DNA from: an uncultured Thermoplasmata archaeon
GTDB lineage: Archaea > Thermoplasmatota > Thermoplasmata > UBA10834
Direction of reading: 5' to 3'
Length of the DNA stretch: 64,000 nucleotides
Assembly: GCA_963719945.1 (NCBI GenBank)
Contig: CAVRDX010000003.1
Coordinates: 192,001 to 256,000, forward strand
Made by a program: the position numbers and the translations under genes. The notes beneath the pieces are model-generated. The model had not been told where the DNA came from. It searched no databases and saw nothing but the letters and a program-made list of their open reading frames with translations. This document shows, in pieces, positions 60,101-64,000 of the stretch (position 1 is its first letter; every line of letters starts with the position of its first letter).

Positions 60101-61149
60101 TCGTGACTGATTCGATCGGGCAGGCATCAGAACCAGACACCGTCGTTGTTACAGTGGAGGATGTGACTCTCCCTGTCGCTGATGCGGGGTCAGATGAGAC
60201 AATATCGTTCGGAACTGAAGTGACATTGGATGGCTCAGACTCTTCGGACAATTCCGGCACCATAGACTCGTATGTGTGGACCTTCGATGATGACGGTTCG
60301 GTCGAGCTGATGGGTGAGACAGTGCATTATGAGTTCACCGCACCCGGTGAATTCACCGTGACCCTCACGGTCACCGATGCAGCCGGTCTGGAAGACACTG
60401 ACATCGTGGTCATCACCGTGGTGGATGATGAAGCCCCGTTGGCCGATGCAGGTCCTGACCAGACGGATGTTGAAGCGGGCGACACGGTGACACTCGATGG
60501 AACCGGTTCTAGCGACAATGTCGGAGTCGTGGAGTATGTTTGGACATTCGTTGACGGGACATCACAGGAACTCACGGGCATGACGGTGGACTACACCTTC
60601 GATAACGAAGGCGAATTCACTATCACCCTGACCGTTACCGATGCTGCAGGTTTCAGCGATACGGACATTGTCGTGGTTCTTGTGTCCATGGCGAATGACC
60701 CGCCAGTGGCTGATGCGGGTGCGAATCAGAACGTCAAGGTCGACGCCACCGTGACTCTCGACGCGTCGGGGTCCACTGACGACAACATGATTGTCACATA
60801 CACATGGACATTCGATTACGATGGTGAACCGGTCGTACTGACTGGTGTCGAGCAGGAATTCGTATTCGAGCTTGCAGGAACATATGATATCACCCTGACG
60901 GTCACGGATGCTCAGGGTCTGTCCGATACTGACACTGTCCGTATTGTAGTCGAATCGAGCGCGATGTCCTTCATCGCGGACTACTGGTGGGCATTCGCAG
61001 TGATAGCCGCTGCAGTGGTGATAGGTGTCGCCGCGGCTCTGATGAGTCGGGGCAAGGGTGGAAAAGGAAAGGCCTCACCGCCCAATGAGAACGAAATCGC
61101 CGACGAGTTTGACGATGACGATCTCCCGCCACCGGACGACGAGCTATAG
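57193..61149 (+). CDS. Cell-surface protein with about 6 carboxypeptidase-regulatory-like domains, 5 PKD domains and a C-terminal TM
   Basis: Signal peptide, (I/L)xGxVxD...TGYY repeats, five P(V/L)A(D/N)AG...SD...YxW...L(T/I)VTD repeats, TM and acidic tail. Confidence 0.92.
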   Translation: MKRTDRLVSLGLAWLLCVSFVAGLAVIPSSSEAAELPDDATIEGLVTSDGTTPVEDAYVKVMLMMGDGIQVNYSFTDSSGYYNINLTGGYDYVVFVAHKDYYFAMSQTSVQSGETVQRDFTLEAISPTDETSVLIKGFALDEADDPVTDGNIFAFSSDPSGSDNMPYFGNLTTADGTGYFEVHVIPSTTGGGVFLMDLEGSSVMIGNETTDPLEDGQSYWMNITVTAPVFDDDAHLYGYVTDSTTSSPIPGVMISVDIYDDMADESYFNYTITDASGYFDINVSSGSMDIQFQKYGYASYMGWETLVEAGDDLDMSVELTPTVATIRGNITDAITTDPLSYSSVILYDGANTVSSATSNGTGYYELRAFEGADLQLFTEVRGYSRGYEVIDVSSGDELWYDFELYPVDAWLTGNVTDMITGDPLEDAYISVSSDNYDEWASTNATGYYNISLVSGTYNVRIGANDYMENQSTVEVLPDAETIHDVELLPWNLPTTVLLHGWVNDSISNDGIPYADVVVYLADSYYNNRTMANMTGYYEMYVPPILLSQYAWAEDYGPYFGSIDAAGVTDLELNILLGSDTYDPNGSCSQSPTENITWFNPEWLHYEVQEFNLRSMQLLVFMNQSTSGTMTNYSLIRYWGMSNEPTNYYSNLPYSVVGDQYTVDVYWNATADAGWLSAPGNDDLYIPFTMYNYYSDEYYGVSGYYSNSSVTLESGYAMFDTLTGEYVTFVFNNWTDTGFDDMDGAFSPYGTFLQLDWDLSYSGMEQGPILGEWSVDGLMLQYDYIVPSTNYVALFMANDWGENGWGNLSAMSVDNDPPVADAGGDMTEVVNTTVTMDATDSSDNVGIVSYVWEFEDPVGSPQTLTGISVDYEFDTIGDYTVTLTVTDGAGHEGVDTFVITVTPDAIPVANAGVDFTVDEDEPAIFNGTGSSDDVMIIENYTWTILSLDITMYGVSPNYTFVDPGAYSVELIVTDSIGQASEPDTVVVTVEDVTLPVADAGSDETISFGTEVTLDGSDSSDNSGTIDSYVWTFDDDGSVELMGETVHYEFTAPGEFTVTLTVTDAAGLEDTDIVVITVVDDEAPLADAGPDQTDVEAGDTVTLDGTGSSDNVGVVEYVWTFVDGTSQELTGMTVDYTFDNEGEFTITLTVTDAAGFSDTDIVVVLVSMANDPPVADAGANQNVKVDATVTLDASGSTDDNMIVTYTWTFDYDGEPVVLTGVEQEFVFELAGTYDITLTVTDAQGLSDTDTVRIVVESSAMSFIADYWWAFAVIAAAVVIGVAAALMSRGKGGKGKASPPNENEIADEFDDDDLPPPDDEL

Positions 61150-61222
61150 TCCTGCTCTGAATGACAAAACCATTTCCTTCAAACCTTTTCGATATATCTC
61201 TTATTCAAGGTCTGTTCGAGAA

Positions 61223-62086
61223 TCATCGGCTCTTCGAGAGTATTGTGATCAGCCCATCGATTGAGAGTGGCCGTTCATCGACGTTGCTGTCATCAAATCC
61301 GAGGCTTTTGAATATCCTCGCGACCGTCGGGAGTACCAGGCCTGCTGATTCCAGCAACTTTTCGTCATATAATATGTCCCTGGGTTTCCCTTCAGCCAGG
61401 ATACCTCCGTCTTTGACTATGCATACCCTGTCCGCCAGGCGAGCGGCCATGTCGATGTCGTGGAGTGCAACCACAACGCTGATCCCATGCTCATCGCGCA
61501 ATGATCTCAATATCTCCTCGATCCTCTTGGCGTTGGATGGGTCAAGGTCCCCCGTGGGTTCGTCGGCCACTAGTATCTTGGGCTGCATTGCAAGAATGCC
61601 CGCGATAGCCACCAATCTTTTCTGACCTCCGCTGAGGTAGTGCGGGACCTTATCCGTCTCCTTCATGCCGACAACGTCCAAGGCCCATTTTGCCGTCTTC
61701 ATCGATTCCTCTGGTGACATGCCCTGGTTGAGCGGTCCGAACATGACATCCTCTATGACGGTAGGTGAGAACAACTGCGCATCTGCGTTCTGGAAGACCA
61801 GCCCCACCAGTCTCCTGATGTCTACGAGGTTCTTCCGGTCTATCTCCTTCCCGAAAATGCTCACTCTGCCGACATTTGGCATCATGAGTCCGTTGAGGTG
61901 TTCTATGAGTGTCGATTTGCCCGCACCGTTCGGTCCGCACAGTGCGACTATCTCCTTCGGATAGACTCTGAAGCACATCCCATGGATGCCTTCGGTGCCA
62001 TCTGCATATCGATGCGTCACGCAATCCACGTGGACGATAGAATCCCTCGCCTCACCGCACGTTGGGCAATTTGTATCCTGAGTCAT
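61223..62086 (-). CDS. cbiO: ECF transporter ATPase CbiO/NikO
   Basis: GPNGAGKST, GLVFQNADAQLF, LSGGQKR, DEPT. Confidence 0.88.
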   Translation of the reverse strand: MTQDTNCPTCGEARDSIVHVDCVTHRYADGTEGIHGMCFRVYPKEIVALCGPNGAGKSTLIEHLNGLMMPNVGRVSIFGKEIDRKNLVDIRRLVGLVFQNADAQLFSPTVIEDVMFGPLNQGMSPEESMKTAKWALDVVGMKETDKVPHYLSGGQKRLVAIAGILAMQPKILVADEPTGDLDPSNAKRIEEILRSLRDEHGISVVVALHDIDMAARLADRVCIVKDGGILAEGKPRDILYDEKLLESAGLVLPTVARIFKSLGFDDSNVDERPLSIDGLITILSKSR

Positions 62087-62090
62087 CTGC

Positions 62091-62918
62091 TCACCACCAT
62101 ACCATGCTCGGATCGAAATACCTGATGTATACGGAGATTGCGAGGATGGCGACTCCTAACGCGAAGATCGATGCTCCAGCAATCGAAGGTCTGGGTGCAC
62201 GTTCCATTACTGGCATGTCCCCTGTGAATCCTCTTGATTCCATTGCTTTTGCTATCCTCTCCGCCCGTTCGAATGCGTGGATGAATGCGAGTCCGAATAT
62301 TCCTGCAAACAATTTCGTCTGTCTCGAGACTCCTTTGACCAACCCACCATTCCTCGAGTGTATCGCATCTATCACATCGGTGACCTCGTCCGAGGTCACG
62401 AACAGGAACCTATAGGAAAGAAGGAAGACCGTCGCCAGGGTCCTGGGCATCATCCTGCGAGCGAGATGCGCTATGTGACTGTATCGTGAACTCATGAACA
62501 GCGCCAAAGAGAATGTAACCACTGCAAGCGCCCTGATTAGCAGTTTGTACATCAGAACGATGCCATTGTCCGTCACTTGTATGTGAGATCCGAAGAGGTC
62601 AACCGCTGCCACCTCGGCCCCGGGCTCTGTGAATATGAACATTATCGCAAGGGTGAGAACGAACATGGCGGGGAGCGTATACCATCCGAGGAGAACCTTG
62701 AATGGGAGCTTGGCGGCGAGGTAGAATGCCAGGCAGGAGATGTATAGGATCGATATCAGTATTGGATCGATCAATACGGTCGCGAGGCACACGACAATCG
62801 TGAGCAATCCTGCTTTCGTCCAAAGGCTCATTGAGTGAATCTTGCTGTTGCCACTCTCTCCGAAATGAGTGACCAGCCTGAAATCCGGGATGTGCTTCGA
62901 ATATGATCTCCTAGACAT
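62091..62918 (-). CDS. cbiQ: ECF transporter T component CbiQ/NikQ
   Basis: Multiple TMs, YRFLF, RAERIAKAMESRGF. Confidence 0.88.
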   Translation of the reverse strand: MSRRSYSKHIPDFRLVTHFGESGNSKIHSMSLWTKAGLLTIVVCLATVLIDPILISILYISCLAFYLAAKLPFKVLLGWYTLPAMFVLTLAIMFIFTEPGAEVAAVDLFGSHIQVTDNGIVLMYKLLIRALAVVTFSLALFMSSRYSHIAHLARRMMPRTLATVFLLSYRFLFVTSDEVTDVIDAIHSRNGGLVKGVSRQTKLFAGIFGLAFIHAFERAERIAKAMESRGFTGDMPVMERAPRPSIAGASIFALGVAILAISVYIRYFDPSMVWW

Positions 62919-62940
62919 CCATTCATCTCCAGGTGTCTTG

Positions 62941-63645
62941 TCAATCGGACACTGTCTCTGTGTTTTCTGATGCAGCATCGGAGTTGTGCCTAACGTTCCC
63001 TTCCGCGTCAGAGAGCAAGTCCGGTCGGAGCTTCGATATGAACGAAACTACGTAGCCGGTTATGACACCTTCGATTACGCCAGCTACGATATTGACAGCT
63101 GCGATGAGAAGCATATTCCCGAGGACCTCTTCCTTTGTCTGCTCGGAATCCTGAAGTCCCGAGACCGCGACGATCCCGATGATGACCAATGCGCTGATTG
63201 AGAGAGCGAGGATGGCTGCTCCGAGACTTGAAATGAATCTGTTGAGGTCGAGCTTGGATCGGACGAGACGGTAGAAGTAGTATGCGACCAGGACCTCCGT
63301 CATGTTCACGATGGTGTTTGCTCCCACCATCCCCCAACCCCCGTGTCCGATCGATGCACTGAATATGTTGATGACGAGAACGCTTAAACTGCCGAGAGCC
63401 GGTCCGGCCAGGATACCTATCAAAGGCGTAAGGTTGAGATGTATTCCACCGAATATCGGGATGCTTACTTGAAACGCTGCAAAACCGACAGACGTGCACA
63501 TGGCAGCGATTGCCAGTTTCCTCGGGGTGACCTTGCCCTTGCGAAGGACCAGGAGTGCAAGGGCCACCATCGCTCCTGCTATTACGGACCATATGATCAC
63601 CCACTCAGGTGAGAATGCGCCGTCCTCGAGGTGTATGTGTGCCAC
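62941..63645 (-). CDS. cbiM: ECF substrate-binding component CbiM/NikM
   Basis: AHIHLEDG N-terminus, HLNLTPLIGILAGP, GHGG...GAN, IEGVIT, RPDLL. Confidence 0.88.
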   Translation of the reverse strand: MAHIHLEDGAFSPEWVIIWSVIAGAMVALALLVLRKGKVTPRKLAIAAMCTSVGFAAFQVSIPIFGGIHLNLTPLIGILAGPALGSLSVLVINIFSASIGHGGWGMVGANTIVNMTEVLVAYYFYRLVRSKLDLNRFISSLGAAILALSISALVIIGIVAVSGLQDSEQTKEEVLGNMLLIAAVNIVAGVIEGVITGYVVSFISKLRPDLLSDAEGNVRHNSDAASENTETVSD

Positions 63646-63822
63646 AGAGACCAGGCGTGACACGGCAGGTCATTTTAATAAGATTTCTGATTCGCTTAAT
63701 AACCACGACCTTCGGAGCCCGTTCGTTTAATAACGCTGATGAAAGCTCCGAAACTGAGACATATCCACAGCGCCGTTACTATCCAGGGACACCTGACACG
63801 GAATCCCGAGGGAGATCCAAAG

Positions 63823-64000
63823 ATGCTGACGCCGACCCACCTGATTGTATGTGTCTTCATCGGTCTGCTACTGCATCTCAACCGAAACGAATGGTTCGTG
63901 GCCCTGACCTTCGGGGTCGTGATCGATGTCGATCACGTGTTCGCACTTCCAAGATATGTCAGCGACAACGGATGGTCAGCGATCCTGCGGCCGACATGGG
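63823..64000 (+). CDS. Membrane-bound metal-dependent hydrolase-like protein, partial
   Basis: MLTPTHLIV...IDVDH motifs, GAGGGAG RBS. Runs off the window edge. Confidence 0.6.
   Translation, partial: MLTPTHLIVCVFIGLLLHLNRNEWFVALTFGVVIDVDHVFALPRYVSDNGWSAILRPTW

Overview
Gene-dense archaeal chromosomal segment, most likely Thermoplasmatota. This is inferred from the archaeal-type GluRS, long FKBP, IorAB, archaeal tRNAs and GGAGG/GAGGTGA ribosome-binding sites. From left to right it holds: a partial UbiD decarboxylase, gltX, a cysK-cysE-cysS-radical SAM operon, two tandem paralogous secreted proteins with a shared upstream motif set, an HTH regulator, tRNA-Cys, a homocitrate-synthase-family enzyme, pyrDK, iscS-iscU back-to-back with a SufS-type desulfurase, three pilin-like genes, a five-repeat zinc-ribbon protein, a 1859-aa integrin-alpha-like adhesin, tRNA-Thr, FKBP, tRNA-Arg, a REC-PAS protein and MscS. 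Next comes an unusually enlarged Opp/Dpp peptide ABC transporter with two accessory membrane genes. The right part has peptide and D-amino-acid catabolism genes (C45 hydrolase, D-aminoacylase, PhzF, IorAB), a multi-GAF histidine kinase, a PKD surface protein and a CbiMQO ECF transporter. The most notable observations are: (1) three of the five Opp subunits carry large extra domains, including three repeats inserted inside the Cys motif of the ATPase; (2) oppA has a frameshift just after its signal peptide; (3) tRNA-Cys has C73 instead of the U73 identity base; (4) two genes appear to start at ACG; (5) a 49-aa Cys-rich protein is missing from the ORF track. No CRISPR array, transposase or integrase was seen.
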